Assembly (NCBI GenBank): GCA_030605575.1 | Contig: JAUWIC010000069.1 | Span: forward strand, 1-44,492 | Length of the DNA: 44,492 nt | Source: Dehalococcoidia bacterium | GTDB taxonomy: Bacteria; Chloroflexota; Dehalococcoidia; Dehalococcoidales; E44-bin46 | Direction: 5' to 3' | Shown: piece after piece, positions 1-8,549 of the stretch | Position numbering within the stretch: the stretch's first letter is position 1 | Layout of the letters: each line of letters starts with the position of its first letter | Position numbers and translations under genes: made by a program | Notes under the pieces: generated by a model | The model's input: only the letters and a program-made list of their open reading frames with translations | Told to the model about the DNA's origin: nothing | Databases searched by the model: none

Positions 1-1771
1 CGGTAGCCAGCTCCCGTAACCGGCACTCAAATACATCCTGGCAACCGCAGGCTAGACAGCGCCCGGCCTCATGTTTAGCCATTTCCTCAGTGAACCCAAG
101 CTCAATCTCGGCAAAGTTCTCTTTCCGTTCTTCTGGGTCTAGGACGGGCATTTCAGTTCTTGGGATACGCTCTACCCGCTCATAGTCGGTGATGTCAATC
201 TCAGCTAAATCACCTTTGGTGCAATTATAAGGTTTTGTCTCGGGGGTAATTTGCTGGTTGCTTAAGTACTGGTTGATGGAAATTGCTGCTCTTCGCCCGG
301 CGGCGGTCGCTTCCACTACCGTAGCTGGGCCGGAAGTACAGTCACCACCAGCGAATACCCCTTCCACGGAGGTTTCCATTGTTTCCTCATTGGTGTTGAT
401 GTATCCTCTGCGGTTGAGCTTTACCTGGCTATCCTGGTTCAGGCTGGAAGTGTCCAGCGTCTGACCAATAGCCATAATTACGGTATCTACTTTTATGGTG
501 AATTCTGAGCCAGCTATTGGCTCTGGTCGTCGCCGACCTGAACTGTCAGGCTCTCCCAGAATCATTCTGATGCATTCCATGGAGTCAACCTTACCGTTCT
601 GGGTGTTTATCCTTACCGGGGCGGCTAAGAATTGAAGTTGGATTCCTTCTTGCTCGGCTTGCCCTACCTCTTCCTCATTAGCTGGCATTTCATTTCTTGA
701 CCGGCGGTAAACAATGGTTATCTCCCCTGCCCCTAGCCGCAGGGCAGTTCGAGCAGCATCTATGGCGGTATTACCACCCCCGATAACGGCTACCTTCTTA
801 CCTAGTGTTACCTTCTTGCCCAAGGCTACATCTCCCAGGAATCCTATCCCGGAAAGAACACCGGGCAAGTCTTCTCCCTTAATTTTCATCTTCTGGTTGG
901 CTTGAGCACCAAGGGCAATAAAGATGGCTTCATAGCCCATGGTCTTCAGACTTTCAATGGTAAAATCTGTGCCCAGAGAGACATTGCCGCGAATTTGACG
1001 GCATAGATTGGCGATAATAGCTATTTCCTTGTCTAGAAGTGCTTTGGGGAGACGATATTCTGGAATGCCGTATTTCATCATTCCACCGAGCTCGGGATTG
1101 GCGTCCAAGATTGTTACCTCATGCCCGTCAAGGGCAAGGTAATAGGCGGCTGATAAGCCGGCAGGACCTCCACCGACAATAGCCACTTTGTGCCCGGTGG
1201 CTGGTTTAGGCTTAGGGATATCAGGGTTTCCGTTATTCTGGTCATAATCGGCGGCAAACCGCTTTAGGGCGTTTATAGCTACCGGCTCATCCACCAAATT
1301 CCGGCGGCATTTGATTTCACAGAAGCGGGGGCATACTCGCCCGCAGACAAGGGGCAGGGGATTAGACTCCCTGATTAGTTTTAACGCTTCTCTATACTGG
1401 CCATTGGCAATGAGGCTAATATAGCCCTGAATATCAATGCCAGCCGGACAGGCAAGCTTACAGGGAGCAACACAATCACCATAGTGGTCAGAGAGCAGTA
1501 ATTCCAGAGCCATTCGGCGGATGTTAACGAGGTCATCGGTTTTTGTCCTCACCACCATACCTTCTGTTACCGGTGTGGTACATGCTGGCGTTGGCCCGCC
1601 ATTCCCGTCCACTTCTACCAGACAGAGACGACAGGCGGCGGTCGGTTTCAGACGAGGGTCGTGGCACAGAGTAGGTATCTTGACTCCGTTTTGTTCCGCC
1701 GCCTCTAGGACGGTGGCTCCGGCTTCTACTTCAACCTTTTCCCCGTTTAATGTAAACGCGACCTTAGGCAT
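1..1771 (-). CDS. StnC/SfrBA-like large subunit: N-terminal [2Fe-2S] (HydA/NuoG-like) domain + GltD/NfnB-like FAD/NADP(H) oxidoreductase domain; 3' end runs off the window
   Basis: Absent from the ORF track because it has no stop in the window. Manual translation from ATG at 1771 gives MPKVAFTLNGEKVEVEAGATVLEAAEQNGVKIPTLCHDPRLKPTAACRLCLVE...PACTTPV...SDHYGDCVAPCKLACPAG...VCGRVCPRFCE...VAIVGGGPAGLSAA...GGGNTAIDAARTALRLGA..IVYRR...FAGGDC...EAGRCLACGCQDVFEC. Confidence 0.9.
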   Translation of the reverse strand, partial: MPKVAFTLNGEKVEVEAGATVLEAAEQNGVKIPTLCHDPRLKPTAACRLCLVEVDGNGGPTPACTTPVTEGMVVRTKTDDLVNIRRMALELLLSDHYGDCVAPCKLACPAGIDIQGYISLIANGQYREALKLIRESNPLPLVCGRVCPRFCEIKCRRNLVDEPVAINALKRFAADYDQNNGNPDIPKPKPATGHKVAIVGGGPAGLSAAYYLALDGHEVTILDANPELGGMMKYGIPEYRLPKALLDKEIAIIANLCRQIRGNVSLGTDFTIESLKTMGYEAIFIALGAQANQKMKIKGEDLPGVLSGIGFLGDVALGKKVTLGKKVAVIGGGNTAIDAARTALRLGAGEITIVYRRSRNEMPANEEEVGQAEQEGIQLQFLAAPVRINTQNGKVDSMECIRMILGEPDSSGRRRPEPIAGSEFTIKVDTVIMAIGQTLDTSSLNQDSQVKLNRRGYINTNEETMETSVEGVFAGGDCTSGPATVVEATAAGRRAAISINQYLSNQQITPETKPYNCTKGDLAEIDITDYERVERIPRTEMPVLDPEERKENFAEIELGFTEEMAKHEAGRCLACGCQDVFECRLRELAT

Positions 1772-1781
1772 TTCTTTTTCC

Positions 1782-3563
1782 CTAGTAGACAGATACGGCA
1801 TCAAGACGACACACTTTCATACATAATCCACAGCGAATACACTTTTCATTATCAATAACGTAAGGCTTCTTTTTCTCTCCCGAGATAGCTCCAGTAGGGC
1901 AATATTTAGTACAAAGCCCGCACCCGGGGCATTTCTCCGGGATAATCTCGTAGGTAATTAAGGCTGGACATTTCTTGGCTGGGCATTTCTTCTCATAGAT
2001 ATGGGCTTCATATTCATCACGGAAGTACTTAACCGTGGTTAATACCGGGTTAGGTGCCGTCTGTCCCAGCCCACACAACGAAGCCCTCTTTACATTCTGG
2101 GCTAATTCCTCAAGGAGTTCTATGTCCCCCTCTTTGCCGTTACCTTCGGTAATTCGTTGCAAAATCTCGAGCATACGCAAGGTTCCTACCCGGCAAAAGG
2201 TGCACTTGCCGCAGGATTCAGCCTGGGTGAAATTGAGGAAGAATTTGGCTATATCTAGCATACAGCTGGTTTCATCCATTACTATCAATCCGCCCGAGCC
2301 CATGATGGCACCGGTCTCAGTTACCGACTCATAATCTACGCGGGTATCGGCTAAACTGGCGGGAATAACACCACCAGACGGTCCCCCTATCTGGATGGCT
2401 TTGAATTCTAGTCCGGTTGAGGTTCCACCACCGATGTTAAAGACAATCTCCCTCAAGGTTATACCCATGGGGACTTCTATTAGCCCACCGCGAGCTACCT
2501 TACCCGCCAGGGCGAAGACCTTGGTCCCCTTGCTTTTCTCGGTGCCGTAGGTATTATAGGCATCGGCACCATGGAGGATAATCCAGGGTACATTAGCTAA
2601 AGTCTCTACATTATTAATAGTGGTGGGTTTGCCCCATAAGCCTGACTGGGCAGGGAAGGGAGGGCGGAATCGGGGCATTCCCCGCCGTCCCTCTATGGAC
2701 ATGATGAGAGCCGTTTCCTCCCCGCAGACAAAAGCACCTGCCCCCTGCCTAATTTTTATATCAAAGTCAAAATTATAGCCCAGGATACTCTCACCGATAA
2801 ATCCTGCTTCCCTGGACTGAGCTATGGCTATCTCTAATCGCTGAATTGCCAGCGGATACTCGGCTCTGACGTAAATATAGCCCTCCGAGGCTCCGACGGC
2901 GTAGCCAGCTATCAGTATCCCTTCAATAACACTGTGAGGGTCGCTTTCCAGAACACTTCTATCCATAAATGCCCCGGGGTCACCTTCATCAGCGTTACAG
3001 ATTATGTATTTTTGTCTATTAGCCGACTTTCGGGCGAAGCCCCATTTGATGCCGGTAGGGAAGCCGGCGCCACCTCTTCCCCTCAAGCCGGAATTAGTGA
3101 CTTCACTAATTACCTCCTGGGGTGACATACTGCGCAATATCTTGTCTATTGCCTGGTAACCGTCGGCAGCTAAATAATCATCAATAGACTCGGGGTCAAT
3201 TATGCCGCAGTTTCGGAGCACAATCCTTGTTTGTTTAGCTAAAAAGCTGTTTATTTCTTCATCCGGTATAACCCACTCGGTAACGGGCTTACCGCCAATA
3301 ATGTGTTCATTGATTATCCGTTCAACTTTCTCCGGGGTTACCTTGCCGTAGAATATGCGCTCTTTCTCGGGGGATGAGACCTCAACCAATACCTCGTTGT
3401 AGCACATACCCATACACCCGGTTTGCTTCAACTTCACATCCAGTCCCCTGTCACCAAACTGGGTGCTGAAAGCATCGTATACCTTTCTGCCTCCAGCGGC
3501 TATGCCGCAGGAGGCGAGCCCTACCTTTATTAGCCAACTTTTGTCTCTTGCCCAGGACATCAA
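1782..3563 (-). CDS. NuoF/HydB-like (StnB-like) FMN/NADH-binding subunit with N-terminal thioredoxin-like [2Fe-2S] and C-terminal 2x[4Fe-4S] ferredoxin domain
   Basis: GLRGRGGAGFPTG, CNADEGDPGAFMDR, GAFVCGEETAL, ESCGKCTFCRVG, SLCGLG, C-terminal CPGCGLCTKYCP and CIRCGLCMKVC. Confidence 0.95.
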   Translation of the reverse strand: MMSWARDKSWLIKVGLASCGIAAGGRKVYDAFSTQFGDRGLDVKLKQTGCMGMCYNEVLVEVSSPEKERIFYGKVTPEKVERIINEHIIGGKPVTEWVIPDEEINSFLAKQTRIVLRNCGIIDPESIDDYLAADGYQAIDKILRSMSPQEVISEVTNSGLRGRGGAGFPTGIKWGFARKSANRQKYIICNADEGDPGAFMDRSVLESDPHSVIEGILIAGYAVGASEGYIYVRAEYPLAIQRLEIAIAQSREAGFIGESILGYNFDFDIKIRQGAGAFVCGEETALIMSIEGRRGMPRFRPPFPAQSGLWGKPTTINNVETLANVPWIILHGADAYNTYGTEKSKGTKVFALAGKVARGGLIEVPMGITLREIVFNIGGGTSTGLEFKAIQIGGPSGGVIPASLADTRVDYESVTETGAIMGSGGLIVMDETSCMLDIAKFFLNFTQAESCGKCTFCRVGTLRMLEILQRITEGNGKEGDIELLEELAQNVKRASLCGLGQTAPNPVLTTVKYFRDEYEAHIYEKKCPAKKCPALITYEIIPEKCPGCGLCTKYCPTGAISGEKKKPYVIDNEKCIRCGLCMKVCRLDAVSVY

Positions 3564-3587
3564 TCTCTCCTATTTGTGTCTGTAGGC

Positions 3588-4106
3588 TTAGCCTACTGGA
3601 GCCGGTATTTCTTTTGCTTCTTTTTTCCGAATTTCATTCACTATCTTGTCAATAGCTTCAGGAGTAAGCCGTCCGTAAGTTTCACCATTGACCATTATGC
3701 AGGGAGCCAAGCTGCAACAGCCAAGACAAGCCACTCGCTCTACGGTGAACATACCGTCCTGGCTGGTCTCTCCCTCCCTGGCACCGGTAACCTGGGATAG
3801 TCTCTCAGCCACCGTTTCGGTACCACACAGATGACAGGCGGTGCCATGACAAACCTTAATTAGGTTCTTACCCAGGGGCTGGAGTCTAAACTGGGCATAG
3901 AAGGTAACTATGCCGAATACCTCGCTGGCCGGGACATTCATGTTCTCGGCTATGCGTTGTATAGCTACCGGTGGTACATAGCCGTAGGTTTCTTGAATCT
4001 CTTGGAGGACTGGTATCACCGCCCCGGCTTCCACATTGTGTTTGTGGACTATGGCATCAATCACGGCGAAGCTGGGTTTCTCCCTGGTGCTAGCTTCAAT
4101 AACCAT
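3588..4106 (-). CDS. NuoE/HydC-like (StnA-like) [2Fe-2S] subunit
   Basis: VCHGTACH...CLGCCSLAP motif; directly upstream of the NuoF-like gene. Confidence 0.95.
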   Translation of the reverse strand: MVIEASTREKPSFAVIDAIVHKHNVEAGAVIPVLQEIQETYGYVPPVAIQRIAENMNVPASEVFGIVTFYAQFRLQPLGKNLIKVCHGTACHLCGTETVAERLSQVTGAREGETSQDGMFTVERVACLGCCSLAPCIMVNGETYGRLTPEAIDKIVNEIRKKEAKEIPAPVG

Positions 4107-4164
4107 GTTATCTCCTTCTGCTTAGTCTGCCTCGTAGCCCCGTAGATTTAGGTGAAGCCTGAGA

Positions 4165-4464
4165 CTACACACCACTACGGCTTAATGCCTTGAGAAGCTC
4201 CCTCTTGGATACCCGGTGGCGCTCAAACATGCTGACGATTCTCAGAATCTCTAAGTCCTTGACCCACTTCTTGGCTCTAATCTTGCTTGCTATTGCCTCC
4301 ACTGTCACCGGTGCATCCACCATAATCACCATGTCACGGGAACCAATGACAGGGTCGACAAAATCCACCCCGGGCATCTCCTCCAGCTCTCTGAGGGTAG
4401 TGATAAACTCCTGCTGCTCCATGTCATCGGCAACATCAACTAGTAGATATGCTCTCACCCCCAT
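4165..4464 (-). CDS. small hypothetical protein, possibly stand-alone Lrp/AsnC C-terminal (RAM)/ferredoxin-like fold
   Basis: 99 aa with AAAGGAGG SD upstream. Pattern 'RAYLLVDV...ELEEMPGVDFVDPVIGSRDMVIMVD' resembles RAM domains. First gene of the operon. Confidence 0.6.
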   Translation of the reverse strand: MGVRAYLLVDVADDMEQQEFITTLRELEEMPGVDFVDPVIGSRDMVIMVDAPVTVEAIASKIRAKKWVKDLEILRIVSMFERHRVSKRELLKALSRSGV

Positions 4465-4503
4465 TTCATTTCCTCCTTTATACTGCTGATTTAATTCAAG
4501 TTA

Positions 4504-4546
4504 ACTATAATTGGGTAATAACTACATCCGTGTGATGCCTATTTTT
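4504..4546 (-). promoter_or_regulatory. putative activator-dependent promoter of operon 1 (AAAAATAGGCA-N5-CGGATG-N15-TATAGT)
   Basis: Near-identical motif and -10 spacing at 18297-18340. Confidence 0.6.
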
Positions 4547-4653
4547 AGCCTATGGAAAACTTCATAGAAAAGACTGAACTTCATCGGGGATTTCAACCAC
4601 TTCCTGTTTGTGGTTTTCCCCAGCCAGGGAGTGTTTTCCCCGGGTTTACCCTG

Positions 4654-4682
4654 TTGAAGAAAGTTGCCAGGTGGTTTAAGAT
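4654..4682 (+). promoter_or_regulatory. sigma70-type promoter of two-component operon 1 (TTGAAG-17-TAAGAT)
   Basis: Same -35 and 17-bp spacing as upstream of the paralogous regulator at 18167-18195. Confidence 0.55.
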
Positions 4683-4736
4683 TAAATATGGACGGGCTAA
4701 AAAGTGTGGATTAGCTGGTAGCCTGAAGGACGTTTA

Positions 4737-5402
4737 ATGAAAAAGATTACTATCCTCCTGGCTGAGAACCATGTGGTGGTACGGGAGAGTATCCGACGGT
4801 TCCTTGAGCGTGAGGCAAATTTTGAGGTTGTTGGTGAGGCTGGTGACGGTGAGGAGGCAGTACAAATGGCGAGTCAGCTAAAGCCTGACGTTATTGTTAT
4901 GGACATCTCTATGCCCAAGCTCAATGGCATTGAAGCTACCAGGCAAATTAAGGCGCTTCAGCCTTCGGCGGTGATATTAATACTTACTGCCTATGATTAT
5001 GAACAATATATTTTCCCTCTGTTAGAGGCAGGTGCTGCCGGCTACTTGTTGAAGGATGTGAGTAGCCGGGAACTTATCAGTGCTATTCAGACCGTGCATA
5101 AGGGGGAAGCCGTGCTTCATCCAGCAGTGGCTCGCAAGGTAATGGAGCGGTTAAGGCATACCAAGGTTGAGCCGACCGGGGAACGCGCCTTGGATTTGCT
5201 CACTAAGCGGGAAATCGCCATACTCAAGATGGCGGCTAGAGGAATGGGTAATAGTGACATCGCTGAGGAATTGCATCTCAGTGTGCGTACTATTGAGAGT
5301 CATCTGGGGAATATTTTTAATAAATTGGGAGTAGGCTCTCGCACCGAGGCAGTAATACGGGCTATGAAGAAGGGCTGGTTCACATTGGAAGAATTGGCTT
5401 GA
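4737..5402 (+). CDS. NarL/LuxR-family DNA-binding response regulator
   Basis: REC domain (PDVIVMDISMP) + LuxR HTH (LTKRE...IAEELHLSVRTIESH...KLGVGSRTEAV). Confidence 0.96.
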   Translation: MKKITILLAENHVVVRESIRRFLEREANFEVVGEAGDGEEAVQMASQLKPDVIVMDISMPKLNGIEATRQIKALQPSAVILILTAYDYEQYIFPLLEAGAAGYLLKDVSSRELISAIQTVHKGEAVLHPAVARKVMERLRHTKVEPTGERALDLLTKREIAILKMAARGMGNSDIAEELHLSVRTIESHLGNIFNKLGVGSRTEAVIRAMKKGWFTLEELA

Positions 5403-5439
5403 CTCTCTGTCGCCCTGGGTATCAGGATAGGTTGGGTAT

Positions 5440-7245
5440 ATGGCTCCATATTTATTAAATCCAGTAGTAAGGGTTTTACGTAACCCTCGTTTTTGGCTTA
5501 TTGTTGGGTTATTTGTTGCTGGCATAATTCTTCACTACCCCCAGCAGCTACCTTTTTGGGGTTGGGAAGCACCCTCTTCATTTCTAGGGCTAACCCGGCA
5601 CACAATAGAGCGAGTTTATTTGCTCGTACCTATAATCTATGCCGGTTTTGCCTTTGGCATAAGGGGAGGGATAGCCAGCCTGGTGGTGGCTTTGGGGGTT
5701 ATGTTACCCCGGGCTATTTTAATCTCCCCGAGCCCGGCCGATGCTTTGTTTGAGACGGGTGGTGTTATCGGCATCGGGGCTGCAGTGAACCTGTTATTTC
5801 AGGTGCACCGGAGGGAGCAAGAGCGCATTCGGGTGACCGATGCTTTGCTGAAAGCCGAGGAGGAAAAGTGGCGTGGTTCATTCAATGCGCTGGAAGATGT
5901 TATGCTGATTATTGATAGGGATTACAACATAGAAAACATAAGTGATAGTGGATTAATGCTTCTGGGAAAGAGCCGGGAGGAAGTAATTGGGAAAAAGTGC
6001 TATGAAATCATTAGCGGCACCGATTGTCCCGAGGCAGGGTGTCCTTGCCGGCGCACATTGGAGACCAGACAGGTAGAATCAATAGAGCGGTATGAAGAGC
6101 GGTTTGGTAGGTACTTCTCCATAAAGAGCTCTCCGATATTTGATGAAAGTGGAGAAATAGTAAAATTTGTCGATTTAAGGCGTGACATAACTGAGAAGAA
6201 AAGGACGGAGGAGGCACTGCAAGAGTCAGAGAGAAGCTATAGAGAGCTATTTGAGGTTGCCCCTGATGCTATTTGGGTCCACGATTTAAAGGGCAACATT
6301 ATAAAGGCAAACAAAGCCGCCGAAAAGCTCACCGGACTTAGTGCCGAAGAGCTGGCTGGGGGGAATGTGCAAACTCTCCTTTCTGAAGAAGGCTTGCGCT
6401 TGGCTAAAGAGGTTCGCCGCCGGTTGGTTAAAGGCGAGGCTGTAGCTCAGCCCTACGAACAGCACCTCATCAGAAAGGATGGGACTGAAGCCACCCTGAG
6501 GTTAACTACCAGCCCAATCTTCAGCAATGGTCAGCTTATAGCCTTCCAAAACATTGCCAGAGACATCACTGAAGAAAAGCGAATGCAGGAAAACCTGCGT
6601 TATTATCTGCAGGAGATTACCCGAGCTCAGGAAGAAGAGCGTAGACGTATCGCTCGTGAGCTCCATGATAGCACTGCTCAAACTCTTATTGCCCTGCTTC
6701 ATCAGTTGGAGAACTTGCTCGGTGACAAGGCAAAACTGCCGGTAAGAGAAGCTAAGGCTCTATGGGGTTTCTATGAGCAGATCAGGGATGTATTGCGGGA
6801 GGTGCGTCGCTTCAGTCGTGACCTAAGACCCTCCATTCTTGACGATTTGGGTTTACTTCCGGCGCTGGAGTGGGTGACTGGTGAACTCAACAAGGAATAC
6901 GGGGTTGAGGCTACTTTGGAGGTGGTTGGTGATGTGCGGAGGTTCTCTCAGGAAGCGGAGTTAATACTTTTCCGCATTGTTCAGGAGGCGTTGAGGAACG
7001 TAGCCAAGCACGCCCAGCCGTCAAAGGCTGAGGTTAAAATTGAGTTCGAAAAGCAGAAAACTCGGGTTACTGTAAGTGATGATGGCATAGGTTTTGAGCT
7101 TCCAGAAAGCCTGGGCGACTTACCCTATACGGGTAAGCTTGGCTTGGCTGGAATGCAAGAGCGGGTACAGTTGCTTGGTGGTAACTTAAAGCTGAAGTCT
7201 AAGCTGGGCAAGGGTACGACGGTAGTTGCTACCGCCCCAATCTAG
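5440..7245 (+). CDS. membrane-anchored two-PAS sensor histidine kinase (HisKA_3/NarX-like)
   Basis: N-terminal TM helices, two PAS/PAC domains, ERRRIARELHDST H-box, EALRNVAKHA N-box, DDGIGF and GLAGMQERV. Confidence 0.95.
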   Translation: MAPYLLNPVVRVLRNPRFWLIVGLFVAGIILHYPQQLPFWGWEAPSSFLGLTRHTIERVYLLVPIIYAGFAFGIRGGIASLVVALGVMLPRAILISPSPADALFETGGVIGIGAAVNLLFQVHRREQERIRVTDALLKAEEEKWRGSFNALEDVMLIIDRDYNIENISDSGLMLLGKSREEVIGKKCYEIISGTDCPEAGCPCRRTLETRQVESIERYEERFGRYFSIKSSPIFDESGEIVKFVDLRRDITEKKRTEEALQESERSYRELFEVAPDAIWVHDLKGNIIKANKAAEKLTGLSAEELAGGNVQTLLSEEGLRLAKEVRRRLVKGEAVAQPYEQHLIRKDGTEATLRLTTSPIFSNGQLIAFQNIARDITEEKRMQENLRYYLQEITRAQEEERRRIARELHDSTAQTLIALLHQLENLLGDKAKLPVREAKALWGFYEQIRDVLREVRRFSRDLRPSILDDLGLLPALEWVTGELNKEYGVEATLEVVGDVRRFSQEAELILFRIVQEALRNVAKHAQPSKAEVKIEFEKQKTRVTVSDDGIGFELPESLGDLPYTGKLGLAGMQERVQLLGGNLKLKSKLGKGTTVVATAPI

Positions 7246-7285
7246 CTACCCGGTAGTGCCAGGAATGACTACTGGGGCACCATTA

Positions 7286-8356
7286 TCAGCCGTAACTACC
7301 TTCAATCAGGGCGACCCTGGCTTTGTCGGAAGTGACCACAGCGTTAATAACCTGTTTATTGTCCTCTATCTTGGTATTAGTGCCCAGAATACACTGTTTA
7401 AGAGTGACACCGGCACCAATATTAACCCCCCGCCACAGGACAGCCACCTCTATATTAGCGCCCTCTCCTATATGGCAATCTGCCCCCATAACCACCGGTC
7501 CCTTAATGCATGCTTTTTGGTCTATTCGGCATCTGCTACCGATTACGGCTGGTCCCACTACCTCGGCTGAAGGATGGATAATAACCTCCTTGTCACAGCC
7601 TACCCCCTCCCCATTTAAACCGCCAATGAGGGCGCTTTTGGCTTTCAACAACAAAAGGTCGCAATTCAGGCGAAGGTAGTTCCCCGGCGTTCCCATATCA
7701 AGAAAGTAGCCGCTAGATGGAAAACCATAGACCGGCTCACCAAGCTCAAGGAGGAGCGGAAACAGCTCCTTCCCAAACATGTAGTGAGTATTTGGTGGCA
7801 CGTGCTCTAAAACTTCCGGCTCAAGGAGATAAACGCCGGCGTTTATCCAGTTGGTGGTTACTTGGGCAGGGCTGGGTTTTTCTATGAAGCGCCTGACCCT
7901 TCCATCACTATCGGTTTCAACTACCCCGAAGGCACGGGGGTCATCCACCCAGGTCAAGGCTATGGTTGCCTTTGCCCCTTTGCCCCGATGAAAGGCAACC
8001 ATATCGGCTATATCAATGTCGGTGAAGACATCCCCATTGAGGACGACAAAGGTGCTGGTTAAGTATCGTTCCGAATTCTTTACTGCCCCGGCCGTGCCCA
8101 GTGGATTATCTTCCACGGCATAGTTCAGCTTCACCCCCGAGTTACTGCCGTCCCCAAAGTAATTCTGAATAACCTCGGGGAGATAGCTCAATGCCAGAAT
8201 GATGTCCTTAACCTTATAGTTCTTAAGGTAGGCGATGGTATGTTCCAGGAAAGGCCGATTCAGTACCGGCACCATAGCTTTGGGTATCTCATAGGTGAGC
8301 GGGTGTAGCCGTGTACCCTCGCCACCAACCAGAATAACCGCTTTCAGCAACCCCAC
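7286..8356 (-). CDS. NDP-sugar pyrophosphorylase (mannose-1-phosphate guanylyltransferase-like) with C-terminal hexapeptide repeats
   Basis: AVILVGGEGTRLHPLT..IPK, LGTAGAV, LNGD, EKP, left-handed beta-helix tail. Confidence 0.9.
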   Translation of the reverse strand: MGLLKAVILVGGEGTRLHPLTYEIPKAMVPVLNRPFLEHTIAYLKNYKVKDIILALSYLPEVIQNYFGDGSNSGVKLNYAVEDNPLGTAGAVKNSERYLTSTFVVLNGDVFTDIDIADMVAFHRGKGAKATIALTWVDDPRAFGVVETDSDGRVRRFIEKPSPAQVTTNWINAGVYLLEPEVLEHVPPNTHYMFGKELFPLLLELGEPVYGFPSSGYFLDMGTPGNYLRLNCDLLLLKAKSALIGGLNGEGVGCDKEVIIHPSAEVVGPAVIGSRCRIDQKACIKGPVVMGADCHIGEGANIEVAVLWRGVNIGAGVTLKQCILGTNTKIEDNKQVINAVVTSDKARVALIEGSYG

Positions 8357-8440
8357 CCCCTGTTGATAGGCATTAGAATTGAATTTTTCACTATTTCAAC
8401 TTTAGCCCAAGACAAACTTGTAGTCAAGATTCATCAGGCT

Positions 8441-8469
8441 TTGACAAAAATAATCAGTTGCGGTGTAAT
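8441..8469 (+). promoter_or_regulatory. sigma70-type promoter for hisF (TTGACA-17-TGTAAT)
   Basis: Consensus -35 and near-consensus -10 with 17-bp spacer. Confidence 0.5.
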
Positions 8470-8549
8470 AAGGTGAACGTTTTCCTATTACCTAGCTATG
8501 AGCACCGTGGTCGACTACCAAAATTTAATCAACTTTAAGGAGCTGTGAG

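Noticed and set aside
258-1826. Short plus-strand ORFs here and many other short ORFs overlapping large genes throughout the window
   Set aside because: Antisense or off-frame shadows of well-supported CDSs, without SD or motifs
1782-4106. Respiratory complex I (nuoEF)
   Set aside because: No membrane nuo subunits nearby; the extra Fe-S domains and GltD partner indicate a soluble HydBC-type complex
4552-4737. 61-aa ORF upstream of response regulator 1
   Set aside because: Overlaps the predicted promoter elements, has no SD, and has no recognisable homolog in the paralogous region
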